Assembly (NCBI GenBank): GCA_964016885.1
Contig: CAXHJY010000271.1
Coordinates: 22,001 to 86,000, forward strand
Length of the DNA: 64,000 nt
Reading direction: 5' to 3'
Source: Eledone cirrhosa
Lineage: Eukaryota
Shown here: positions 52,119 through 64,000 of the stretch, piece after piece
Position numbering within the stretch: the stretch's first letter is position 1
Layout: each line of letters starts with the position of its first letter
Position numbers and translations under genes: made by a program
Notes under the pieces: model-generated
The model's input: only the letters and a program-made list of their open reading frames with translations
Told to the model about the DNA's origin: nothing
Databases searched by the model: none

Positions 52119-52231
52119 AAAAAGAGTAGGAGATAACTCGACAAGAGCGGAGAGGGTGAGATTCGAACCATGTAAAGTCGTTGGCTCCTGAACTTCGTAA
52201 GCGGGGCTGCTACTGACTGAGCAACGCCGGC
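52119..52231 (-). ncRNA. tRNA-like Pol III element, allele I
   Basis: Copy of 1425-1537. Confidence 0.55.
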
Positions 52232-52986
52232 AGCAAGGCAAATCGCGCATAAAATAACGCTTATATCGAGAAAATAAAACAAAAATTTCAATGTTGCACT
52301 TTTGTTTGTTGTTCTTTTATTTTACGTAAACATTTCGCTGCTCTAGCCTCTTATTTCCTATTAGATTACACTTAATTCCATTAAACATTCATTCTTAGTC
52401 TCGTGGTAAACTATTTCATCTATATTTATATCGCTGTTACAGCCTTTTATTTCTACATCTATCACCTATAGCCACTGTTACGCCGGTAGTATAAGTAGCT
52501 TTATAACAAGAAACGATGATATAACTCCACAAAATGTCTTCTTGAGCAAGACACTTCACTTCATATTGCTCCAGTACACCGAGTTACACATAGACAGATA
52601 CATACATACACATATATATGTACACAGATAGAAATAAGAGGGAGATAGAGTAAAAGATTTAAAGAGAGGGTGAGAGTGTGACACACATTTATCTGTCTAT
52701 CTCTCTCTATTTTAACACCGGTCGTTATAATTAGTTTTATAACACCGCTATATTACCGACATGAAAGAGGTAAATAATTATTTCTTAAATGTTTAGAACA
52801 TGTTTCTCTTGTCTTCTTAAATGTATAGAACATGTTTCTTATTTATATTCTTAACATAGCTAGGACCTTATCTCATTTACTGGTCTCTACTTTTAGGGCT
52901 TTGCTGGTCCCATGTGCCCTCCATGAAGACACACTCGCCCCTTCTCTCTCAGTCTCCGTACTAATTACTACACATACGTATATATA

Positions 52987-55228
52987 TTTATTTTAAGAAA
53001 CCTTAATGACAAATAATATAAAGTGTTTGTAAAGTGGGGAAGAGTAGTTTTACGGTGGGGTTGTTATATAGATATCGTTTTTGCAGTGGGGTCGTGACTG
53101 GCGTATAATAATGAGTCACTGTTGATGTATATACAAATCATATTTTGGATATAAGTGAAGTTATTTAAGAGATTTAGTTGTTTTGTATACATTCCAGTTG
53201 TTGTCTCCCTGTTTCTTCTTCAACAACTATAACGGTACGCGATGGGGCCCACCCACAGCCCCGGCGGACAGAATGGAGAAGGCGTTTCCCCGGAGCACGG
53301 CAAGGGAGACGCGCTGGAAAAGCCACTCCAACTCGCGGGGCTCACACCTGCGACTGGCCAGCTCAGCGCCTATGGTGGTGAGTAAGGAGGTAGCCCTGGG
53401 GTCGAGGACACCAGAAGTCTCCACTTCCAGGGGTACGACCGCAAACCTGTCGGAGAGTGAACGATATGTGAGGAGTTTGGCCCTCTCAGCCTGACGTGCA
53501 GCAGAACCTGGGCCAGTCGCAGACTGCACCAGGTTGCGGCTGCAGAAAGTGTCGGTGCAAGTGGCATCCCAGACGAGGGGTTTGCCACCGCGGAACGGGA
53601 AGATGGTCATGCCATCTGGCCTTTTGCCGTCCCCTGGAGCTGGGAAGGGAAGCCTGCAGCGTCCAAGCCATGCTTAATGATTTCGTTGAGGGCAGCATGG
53701 CGTGGATTGCGGCTGGCACTGTGGCGACAGGAAAGCGGGTGGAGGCCGAAAGAGTCCATGGTGGAACGGCAGCGACATTGGTGTGAGGCCGAGCCTCAGG
53801 GAAACGCCGATGCGCAAGCTATGGTTGTCTAGCTGCGTGCGAGTGGAGAAGGAGGGCAGGGCATGGAGCCAGGCCCCACTGTGGGGTTTGGAGGCCGCAC
53901 GAAAACAAACAAGGCGGTGCTGGTCGAGCTGGCACGTGAGCCTGTCTGAGGCCAGGCTGCACTGGATGGCATCCCAAGTGTGTTGGGGGGACTTGACGTC
54001 AACAGGGGGAGAAGGAGGAGGAACGTCTACTGGGCTAAGTCCCAGCCGGTGCCACGTCTCACAGGCGGCCACGCGTTCTCTGAACACAGAGGGTTCTGTT
54101 GTGTTTTGAAGAACCCTGCTGAGGTGGACGTGGTACGAGGTTACCGACGAAAGATACGCCGGCAAAGCTAGTGAGATCGGGGACTGGAGGCGAAGGTCGC
54201 CATACCTGATAGGTAAAGTTGCATATCTCATCGGCTGCTGCTCGGATACAAGTCTGGGTGTAGCACAGAGTGTATAGAGGAGCTTCGGCATGGCGTAGCA
54301 GTTCCTCAGCAGAAAGAGAACTGGGTGGCCATCAATCAAGCCCAGTCGGCTCGTGAGAGTCTGAACTTGATGGTGGAGCGGATGGCCGGCGGGTGGATCG
54401 GTGAGGGCATCCTCTTTGGGGGTCACCTGAACCTGGCGGAGAATGGACCGCACGTCCAAGACGGAGATTGCAAAGCTTGCAGCATCGAGGCTGACATTCA
54501 CCACCTCCGACTTGGCTGAGTTGACCTGGAGGTCGATTCCCGCCAGGGCAGGAACCACCGATTGAAGGTCATGGCAGACCGCCTGTACGGGCCCACCCAA
54601 AGTAGCATCATCCAGATACCAAACGTTGAGAGGGGCCGTTATACTCCGGGCGATGTGGTCAATACCAAGGGTGAACAGGAGGGGTCCCAAAGGGTTGCCC
54701 TGTTGGATCCCAGTAGCCAAGGGTATGACCGTATCAGCAGCATGTCGCATGCTCGGGGCTCCATATGACAGCTAGGCAGAGGGGGCTCGGCTGAGGCAGG
54801 CCTCGAGCAGATGATCCCAGCGTAAAGAGTTGAAGGCATTCCTCATGTCAAACTTGACAATGAGGTGGCTGGAGTCCCTGGATGCCGGTTCCGAGTGTTA
54901 CGGACTTGCAGGTTACCTTGGCAGCCAGCCTCCGGAAGACATTGCCCACAGCAATGGGGCGTATGCCACCCTCTTTCTTCCTGAGAGCGGTGAAGCTGGC
55001 TGAAAAAAAGAGGCCTCGAGCATAAGAGTCCAGGGCGCCATGGATGAGCCTATTGGTGAGCGCCACAATTGCACTCAGAAGGCGGCGCCCGGCCTCAGCG
55101 GAGAGGGGAGATGTCAACTCCTTGAGGAGGCCTGGTCAGAGACCATCAACATCACCGCAGCTGCTAGCTGGGAAGGACCTGATGGCGGACATGATGTCTG
55201 CATCAGAAGCCACAAGGAGCAAGTGTGG
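52987..55228 (-). mobile_element. CRE-like RLE non-LTR element, less disrupted allele (358-aa ORF 53674-54750)
   Basis: Copy of 18870-21111. Confidence 0.9.
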
Positions 55229-56721
55229 ATTACAATACAAAACCTCTGAGAATGATTTCTAAGATATTTCACCATAATTAATTTTCATCAATATATATTA
55301 ATATTATTATTGTTTATTAGGTCAGGTGGATTGGCCAGAACAATTCTACTCTTCTTTTTTAGATGTCACGATTTTTCATGGCATTCCTGAGATCATTAAT
55401 CTCCAGCTGGAGATCCAGAGACATCTGATGTATGTAGGTGAACCTCAGTCATCCCACTTGGGTCTTACTATGTTTAGGTATCCACCACAGGAGCCAGCTC
55501 ATCAGGTCATCCTACCCTCAGCAGCAATGTCCAGCATCTATTGATTTCCGCTCCCTAGTTATTGTGGTAATCTTCGATATCTGGGAATATATTTCTTCTG
55601 CTTAAGGGAGTAATAAATATATAGTTTTAAAAAAAACATATATATACACACACATATATATATGTTGTCATTTATAAGAGTTCTCTATCAAAAGCCTTCT
55701 CTATGTCCAAAGCTAAGTATAGTGGCTTATTTTTCTCTAAGAACCTCTTTTGTAGTTGTCTCACTAAGAAGAGGGCATCTGTTGCACTTTTCAGCGGCAC
55801 AAAACCAAACTGCATCTCATACATATACATACATACATACATATACACATACATACATACATCATCATCATCATCATCATCATTTCGTTTTAAGTCCGCT
55901 TTTTCCCTGCTTGCAAGGGTGGGACGGGAACTGATTCTGGCTTGATTTCTACAGCTGGATGCCCTTCCTAACACCAACCTCATTTACAGTGAGTGCTGAG
56001 TGCTTTTTTGCCGTGGCACCTCCACGACCACTTTGCAGTGGAATGATATGGACCCCAGTCCCTATCATCTCATTTCTACAGCTGAGTAAACTGGAGCAAT
56101 GTGAAATAAAGTGTCTTGCTCAAGGAAACAACACATCACCCGGTCTGAGAATTGAACTCACAACCTTTCGATTGCCAGGCCAATGCTCGAACCACTAAGC
56201 CATGTGCCTCCATATACATATACATATACATACACATACATATACATACATATATATATACATACATACATATATACACATACATACATACACATACATA
56301 CACATATACATACATATATATACATACATACACATACATAGATATATATATATACATAATATAAATATACACACATACACATACATAAGCATATACACAT
56401 AAGTATATTTACATATACACACGTATATATACATATACATACATACATATATACACATACATACATATATACATACATACACACATATACATACATATAT
56501 ACATATACACATACATACATATACATACATATACACATACATACATATATATATATACATACACACACATATATACATACACACACATATATACAAACAC
56601 ATACATATACACATATATACACATACATACACATACATATACATACATATACACATATACACTCATATATACATATACATACATACACACACATACATAC
56701 ATATATACATATACATACATA

Positions 56722-57269
56722 AAGACAAATCCACCTCATGGACGAGAATGCAAGGGCTCCTCCTCTTTGTTTCGGCCGCGGATGGCTAACCCTAACCCCA
56801 TCCCCGCTCCCCACTGCTCCCAACCTCCAAACGCAATCCAAAACTTCAGAGTTGGTACCATTAATGTAGGCACCTTATAGGGTGGCTCTAACGAGGTTGT
56901 AGAAATGCTTGAACGTAAGGAGGTCGATGTTTGTTGTATTCAAGAGACCAGGTGGAGGGGTGGGTCTGCTAGATTCATCGTGGGTAAAGAACGATGCTAT
57001 ACGCTTTTCTGTGTGGCAAATGACAATGGGCTGGGTATACACATACCACCCCACCTCCCCACCGCAAAGTGGTCGTGGAGGCGCGGCGGCCAAAAAGCAC
57101 CCAGCCCACACTGTAAAGCTGACGTGGAGGTGCCACGGAAAAAAAAAAGCACCCAGCACTCACTGCAAACGGGGTTGGCGTCAGGAAGGGCACCCAGCTG
57201 TAGAAACCAATCCAGAATCAGCTCCCACCCCACCCTTGCAAGCATGGAAAAGCGGACGTATGATGAAGT

Positions 57270-57274
<5 letters not shown>
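56722..57274 (+). mobile_element. Bipartite non-autonomous RTE (copy b)
   Basis: Near copy of 6003-6555. Confidence 0.85.
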
Positions 57275-57316
<42 letters not shown>

Positions 57317-57834
57317 TATATATATACACATATATATATACACACATATATATCAGTGTACATATATATATACATATATATATATATATAAATGAATATT
57401 TATTCAATTTAAAGCGCCAATTATCTATATATAACAAGATATGAATTTTTCTAGGGATGGGGAAATTTTCAGTTTGTTTTTATATTTTCACTTCATTTTT
57501 TACTTTCTATTTAATACAGTCTTTGATCCAATATAATCCTGACAGTATTTGAACCAGTTTACCTCATATATATGTATGCACACACAACACTCAAGTTTCG
57601 CCATCTACTGCTATTTCATTCATATTTATTGTTTAATTAACTCTGGTCTAATTCATCAACTATTGTTAATTATATTATTACGTAGATTTCTTATAAAATC
57701 TAGTGCATATATACGTGTATATATACAGGGAGACACTGTAATAGATGTAAAGAGAGTGGGAGATAGAGTTATAGAAGTAAAGAGAGGGGGAGAACTAAGC
57801 GGTAGATAGAGTAATAGATGTAAAGAGAGGGTTA

Positions 57835-58011
57835 GAACGTTCAACTTGACAGTCAGTACAATGTTCAGCATGGTAGCCAGTACATATGCCAACTACCCAA
57901 CCGGCCAGCCAGCCGCATATGCGGTTGACTGGCCAGTTGGGCGGTTGGTATGTGGAACGTTCAACTACGCAGTCAGTACCAAAGTTCAACATTGTAGCCA
58001 GTGCATATGCC
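57835..58011. repeat. Palindrome + 21-bp repeat module (4-repeat form)
   Basis: Copy of 23718-23894. Confidence 0.9.
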
Positions 58012-58057
58012 GATCGCCGCGACCTCTTTGCTCTATTTAAATGACCTGGAACTAAGT

Positions 58058-58170
58058 AAAAAGAGTAGGAGATAACTCGACAAGAGCGGAGAGGGTGAGA
58101 TTCGAACCATGTAAAGTCGTTGGCTCCTGAACTTCGTAAGCGGGGCTGCTACTGACTGAGCAACGCCGGC
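58058..58170 (-). ncRNA. tRNA-like Pol III element, allele I
   Basis: Copy of 1425-1537. Confidence 0.55.
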
Positions 58171-58925
58171 AGCAAGGCAAATCGCGCATAAAATAACGCT
58201 TATATCGAGAAAATAAAACAAAAATTTCAATGTTGCACTTTTGTTTGTTGTTCTTTTATTTTACGTAAACATTTCGCTGCTCTAGCCTCTTATTTCCTAT
58301 TAGATTACACTTAATTCCATTAAACATTCATTCTTAGTCTCGTGGTAAACTATTTCATCTATATTTATATCGCTGTTACAGCCTTTTATTTCTACATCTA
58401 TCACCTATAGCCACTGTTACGCCGGTAGTATAAGTAGCTTTATAACAAGAAACGATGATATAACTCCACAAAATGTCTTCTTGAGCAAGACACTTCACCT
58501 CATATTGCTCCAGTACACCGAGTTACACATAGACAGATACATACATACACATATATATGTACACAGATAGAAATAAGAGGGAGATAGAGTAAAAGATTTA
58601 AAGAGAGGGTGAGAGTGTGACACACATTTATCTGTCTATCTCTCTCTATTTTAACACCGGTCGTTATAATTAGTTTTATAACACCGCTATATTACCGACA
58701 TGAAAGAGGTAAATAATTATTTCTTAAATGTTTAGAACATGTTTCTCTTGTCTTCTTAAATGTATAGAACATGTTTCTTATTTATATTCTTAACATAGCT
58801 AGGACCTTATCTCATTTACTGGTCTCTACTTTTAGGGCTTTGCTGGTCCCATGTGCCCTCCATGAAGACACACTCGCCCCTTCTCTCTCAGTCTCCGTAC
58901 TAATTACTACACATACGTATATATA

Positions 58926-61078
58926 TTTATTTTAAGAAACCTTAATGACAAATAATATAAAGTGTTTGTAAAGTGGGGAAGAGTAGTTTTACGGTGGGGT
59001 TGTTATATAGATATCGTTTTTGCAGTGGGGTCGTGACTGGCGTATAATAATGAGTCACTGTTGATGTATATACAAATCATGTTTTGGATATAAGTGAAGT
59101 TATTTAAGAGATTTAGTTGTTTTGTATACATTCATAACGGTACGCGATGGGACCCATCCACAGCCCCGGCGGACAGAATTGAGAAGGCGTTTCCCCGGAG
59201 CACGGCAAGGGAGACGCGCTGGAAAAGCCACTCCAACTCGCGGGGCTCACACCTGCGGCTGGCCAGCTCAGCGCCTATGGTGGTGAGTAAGGAGGTAGCC
59301 CTGGGGCCGAGGACACCAGAAGTCTCCACTTCCAGGGGTACGACCGCAAACCTGTCGGAGAGTGAACGATATGTGAGGAGTTTGGCCCCCTCAGCCTGAC
59401 GTGCAGCAGAACCTGGGCCAGTCGCAGACTGCACCAGGTTGCGGCTGCAGAAAGTGTCGGTGCAAGTGGCATCCCAGACGAGGGGTTTGCCACCACGGAA
59501 CGGGAAGATGGTCATGCCATCTAGCCTTTTGCCGTCCCCTCGAGCTGGGAAGGGAAGCCTGCAGCGTCCAAGCCATGCTTAATGACTTCGTTGAGGGCAG
59601 CATGGCGTGGATTGCAGGTGGAGTCCGAAAGAGTCCATGGTGGAACGGCAGCGACATTGGTGTGAGGCCGAGCCTCAGGGAAACGCCGATGCGCAAGATA
59701 TTGTTGTCTAGCTGCGTGCGAGTGGAGAAGGAGGGCAGGGCATGGAGCCAGGCCCCACTGTGGGGTTTGGAGGCTGCACGAAAACAAACAAGGCGGTGCT
59801 GGTCGAGCTGGCACGTGAGCCTGTCTGAGGCCAGGCTGCACTGGATGGCATCCCAAGTGTGTTGGGGGGGACTTGACGTCAACAGGGGGAGAAGGAGGAG
59901 GAACGTCTACTGGGCTAAGTCCCAGCCGGTCCCACGTCTCACAGGCGGCCACGCGTTCTCTGAACACAGAGGGTTCTGCTGAAGAGGACGTGGTACGAGG
60001 TTACCGACGAAAGATATGCCGGCAAAGCTAGTGAGATCGGGGACTGGAGGCGAAGGCCGCCATACCTGACAGGTAAAGTTGCATATCTCATCGGCTGCTG
60101 CTCGGATACAAGTTTAGGTGTAGCACAGAGTGTATAGAGGAGCTTCGGCATGGCGTAGCAGTTCCTCAGCAGAAAGAGAACTGGGTGGCCATCAATCAAG
60201 CCCAGTCGGCTCGTGAGAGTCTGGACTTGATGGAGGAGCGGGTGGATCGGTGAGGGCATCCTCTTTGGGGGGTCACCTGAACCTGGCGGAGAATGGACCG
60301 CACGTCCAAGACGGAGACTGCAAAGCTTGCAGCATCGAGGCTGACATTCACCACCTCCGACTTGGCTGAGTTGACCTGGAGGTCGATTCCCGCCAGGGCA
60401 GGAACCACCGATTGAAGGTCATGGCAGAACGCCTGTACGGGCCCACCCAAAGTAGCATCATCCAGATACCAAACGTTGAGAGGGGCCGTTATACTCCAGG
60501 CGATGTGGTCAATACCAAGGGTGAACAGGAGGGGTCCCAAAGGGTTGCCCTGTTGGATCCCAGTAGCCAAGGGTATGACCGTATCAGCAGCATGGCGCAT
60601 GCTTGGGGCTCCATATGACAGGTAGGCAGAGGGGGCTCGGCTGAGGCAGGCCTCGAGCAGATGATCCCAGCGTAAAGAGTTGAAGGCATTCCTCATGTCA
60701 AACTTGACAATGAGGTGGCTGGAGGCCCTGGATGCCGGTTCCGAGTGTTACGGACTTGCAGATTACCTTGGCAGCCAGCCTCCGGAAGACATTGCCCACA
60801 GCAATGGGGCGTATGCCATCCTCTTTCTTCCTGAGAGCGGTGAGGCTGGCCGAAAAAAAGAGGCCTCGAGCATAAGAGTCCAGGGCGCCATGGATGAGCC
60901 TATTGGTGAGCGCCACAATTGCACTCAGAAGGCGGCGCCCGGCCTCAGCGGAGAGGGGAGATATCAACTCCTTGAGGAGGCCTGGTCAGAGACCATCAAC
61001 ATCTCCGCAGCTGCTAGCTGGGAAGGACCTGATGGCGGACATGATGTCTGCATCAGAAGCCACAAGGAGCAAGTGTGG
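58926..61078 (-). mobile_element. CRE-like RLE non-LTR element, deletion allele
   Basis: Copy of 24809-26961. Confidence 0.9.
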
Positions 61079-62558
61079 ATTACAATACAAAACCTCTGAG
61101 AATGATTTCTAAGATATTTCACCATAATTAATTTTCATCAATATATATTAATATTATTATTGTTTATTAGGTCAGGTGGATTGGCCAGAACAATTCTACT
61201 CTTCTTTTTTAGATGTCACGATTTTTCATGGCATTCCTGAGATCATTAATCTCCAGCTGGAGATCCAGAGACATCTGATGTATGTAGGTGAACCTCAGTC
61301 ATCCCACTTGGCTCTTACTATGTTTAGGTATCCACCACAGGAGCCAGCTCATCAGGTCATCCTACCCTCAGCAGCAATGTCCAGCATCTATTGATTTCCG
61401 CTCCCTAGTTATTGTGGTAATCTTCGATATCTGGGAATATATTTCTTCTGCTTAAGGGAGTAATAAATATATAGTTTTAAAAAAAACATATATATACACA
61501 CACATATATATATGTTGTCATTTATAAGAGTTCTCTATCAAAAGCCTTCTCTATGTCCAAAGCTAAGTATAGTGGCTTATTTTTCTCTAAGAACCTCTTT
61601 TGTAGTTGTCTCACTAAGAAGAGGGCATCTGTTGCACTTTTCAGCGGCACAAAACCAAACTGCATCTCATACACATACATACATATACATACATACATAC
61701 ATACATATACACATACATACATACATCATCATCATCATCATCATCATCATTTCGTTTTAAGTCCGCTTTTTCCCTGCTTGTAAGGGTGGGACGGGAACTG
61801 ATTCTGGCTTGATTTCTACAGCTGGATGCCCTTCCTAACACCAACCTCATTTACAGTGAGTGCTGAGTGCTTTTTTGCCGTGGCACCTCCACGACCACTT
61901 TGCAGTGGAATGATATGGACCCCAGTCCCTATCATCTCATTTCTACAGCTGAGTAAACTGGAGCAATGTGAAATAAAGTGTCTTGCTCAAGGAAACAACA
62001 CATCACCCGGTCTGAGAATTGAACTCACAACCTTTCGATTGCCAGGCCAATGCTCGAACCACTAAGCCATGTGCCTCCATATACATATACATATACATAT
62101 ACATACACATACATATATATATACATACATACATATATACACATACATACATACACATACATACACATATACATACATATACATACATAGATATATATAT
62201 ATACATAATATAAATATACATACATACACATACATAAGCATATACACATAAGTATATATACATATACACACGTATATATACATATACATACATACATATA
62301 TACACATACATACATATATACATACATACACACATATATACATATACACATACATACATATACATACATATACACATACATACATATATATATACATACA
62401 CACACATATATACATACACACACATATATACAAACACATACATATACACATATATACACATACATACACATACATATACATACATATACACATATACACT
62501 CATATATACATATACATACATACACACACATACATACATATATACATATACATACATA

Positions 62559-63111
62559 AAGACAAATCCACCTCATGGACGAGAATGCAAGGGCTCCTCC
62601 TCTTTGTTTCGGCCGCGGATGGCTAACCCTAACCCCATCCCCGCTCCCCACCGCTCCCAACCTCCAAACGCAATCCAAAACTTCAGAGTTGGTACCATTA
62701 ATGTAGGCACCTTATAGGGTGGCTCTAACGAGGTTGTAGAAATGCTTGAACGTAAGGAGGTCGATGTTTGTTGTATTCAAGAGACCAGGTGGAGGGGTGG
62801 GTCTGCTAGATTCATCGTGGGTAAAGAACGATGCTATAAGCTTTTCTGTGTGGCAAATGACAATGGGCTGGGTATACACATACCACCCCACCACCCCACC
62901 GCAAAGTGGTCGTGGAGGCGCCGCGGCCAAAAAGCACCCAGCCCACACTGTAAAGCTGACGTGGAGGTGCCACGGAAAAAAAAAAGCACCCAGCACTCAC
63001 TGCAAACGGGGTTGGCGTCAGGAAGGGCACCCAGCTGTAGAAACCAATCCAGAATCAGCTCCCACCCCACCCTTGCAAGCATGGAAAAGCGGACGTATGA
63101 TGAAGTTGATA
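62559..63111 (+). mobile_element. Bipartite non-autonomous RTE (copy b)
   Basis: Near copy of 6003-6555. Confidence 0.85.
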
Positions 63112-63657
63112 TTGATATATATATATATATATATATTAGTATATATATACACATATATATATACACACATATATATCAGTGTACATATATATATACATAT
63201 ATATATATATATAAATGAATATTTATTCAATTTAAAGCGCCAATTATCTATATATAACAAGATATGAATTTTTCTAGGGATGGGGAAATTTTCAGTTTGT
63301 TTTTATATTTTCACTTCATTTTTTACTTTCTATTTAATACAGTCTTTGATCCAATATAATCCTGACAGTATTTGAACCAGTTTACCTCATATATATGTAT
63401 GCACACACAACACTCAAGTTTCGCCATCTACTGCTATTTCATTCATATTTATTGTTTAATTAACTCTGGTCTAATTCATCAACTATTGTTAATTATATTA
63501 TTACGTAGATTTCTTATAAAATCTAGTGCATATATACGTGTATATATACAGGGAGACACTGTAATAGATGTAAAGAGAGTGGGAGATAGAGTTATAGAAG
63601 TAAAGAGAGGGGGAGAACTAAGCGGTAGATAGAGTAATAGATGTAAAGAGAGGGTTA

Positions 63658-63834
63658 GAACGTTCAACTTGACAGTCAGTACAATGTTCAGCATGGTAGC
63701 CAGTACATATGCCAACTACCCAACCGGCCAGCCAGCCGCATATGCGGTTGACTGGCCAGTTGGGCGGTTGGTATCTGGAACGTTCAACTACGCAGTCAGT
63801 ACCAAAGTTCAACATTGTAGCCAGTGCATATGCC
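63658..63834. repeat. Palindrome + 21-bp repeat module (4-repeat form)
   Basis: Copy of 29541-29717. Confidence 0.9.
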
Positions 63835-63880
63835 GATCGCCGCGCCCTCTTTGCTCTATTTTAATGACCTGGAACTAAGT

Positions 63881-63993
63881 AAAAAGAGTAGGAGATAACT
63901 CGACAAGAGCGGAGAGGGTGAGATTCGAACCATGTAAAGTCGTTGGCTCCTGAAGTTCGTAAGCGGAGCTGCTACTGACTGAGCAGCGCCGGC
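63881..63993 (-). ncRNA. tRNA-like Pol III element, allele II
   Basis: Copy of 29764-29876. Confidence 0.55.
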
Positions 63994-64000
63994 AGCAAGG

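Larger units (their letters stand above)
182..64000. repeat. Tandem macrosatellite / segmental array of 10 units (~8.3 kb long and ~5.8-5.9 kb short forms), open at the right edge
   Basis: The same marker recurs at 938, 9223, 17515, 23432, 29255, 37543, 43344, 51632, 57549 and 63372. Sequence 1-181 is not repeated; homology starts at TTAATTTTCC (182 = 8583). Confidence 0.98.

Overview
Eukaryotic, repeat-dense DNA. The microsatellite, RTE and CORE-SINE content suggests a cephalopod such as Octopus, but that is inference. From position 182 to the end, the window is one head-to-tail macrosatellite of 10 near-identical units with periods 8285, 8292, 5917, 5823, 8288, 5801, 8288, 5917 and 5823 bp. 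It also shows higher-order duplication (offsets 14089 and 34117 bp) and mosaic recombinant units. Each complete unit is mostly retroelement debris: a 5'-truncated, frameshifted CRE-like RLE non-LTR element, old RTE fragments, a tRNA/CORE SINE, a bipartite non-autonomous RTE and compound microsatellites. The four long units also carry a 5'-truncated RTE with an intact 541-aa RT ORF lacking endonuclease. The part of the unit that I cannot assign to a recognisable transposon and that shows clear structure is a ~310-bp CpG-rich cassette on the minus strand. It has a tRNA-like A/B-box segment that does not fold as a cloverleaf and ends in T5, followed by a TATA-like box and a module of 21-bp repeats around a 72-bp palindrome. 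This cassette is the best candidate for an undescribed functional element. No host protein-coding gene is supported.
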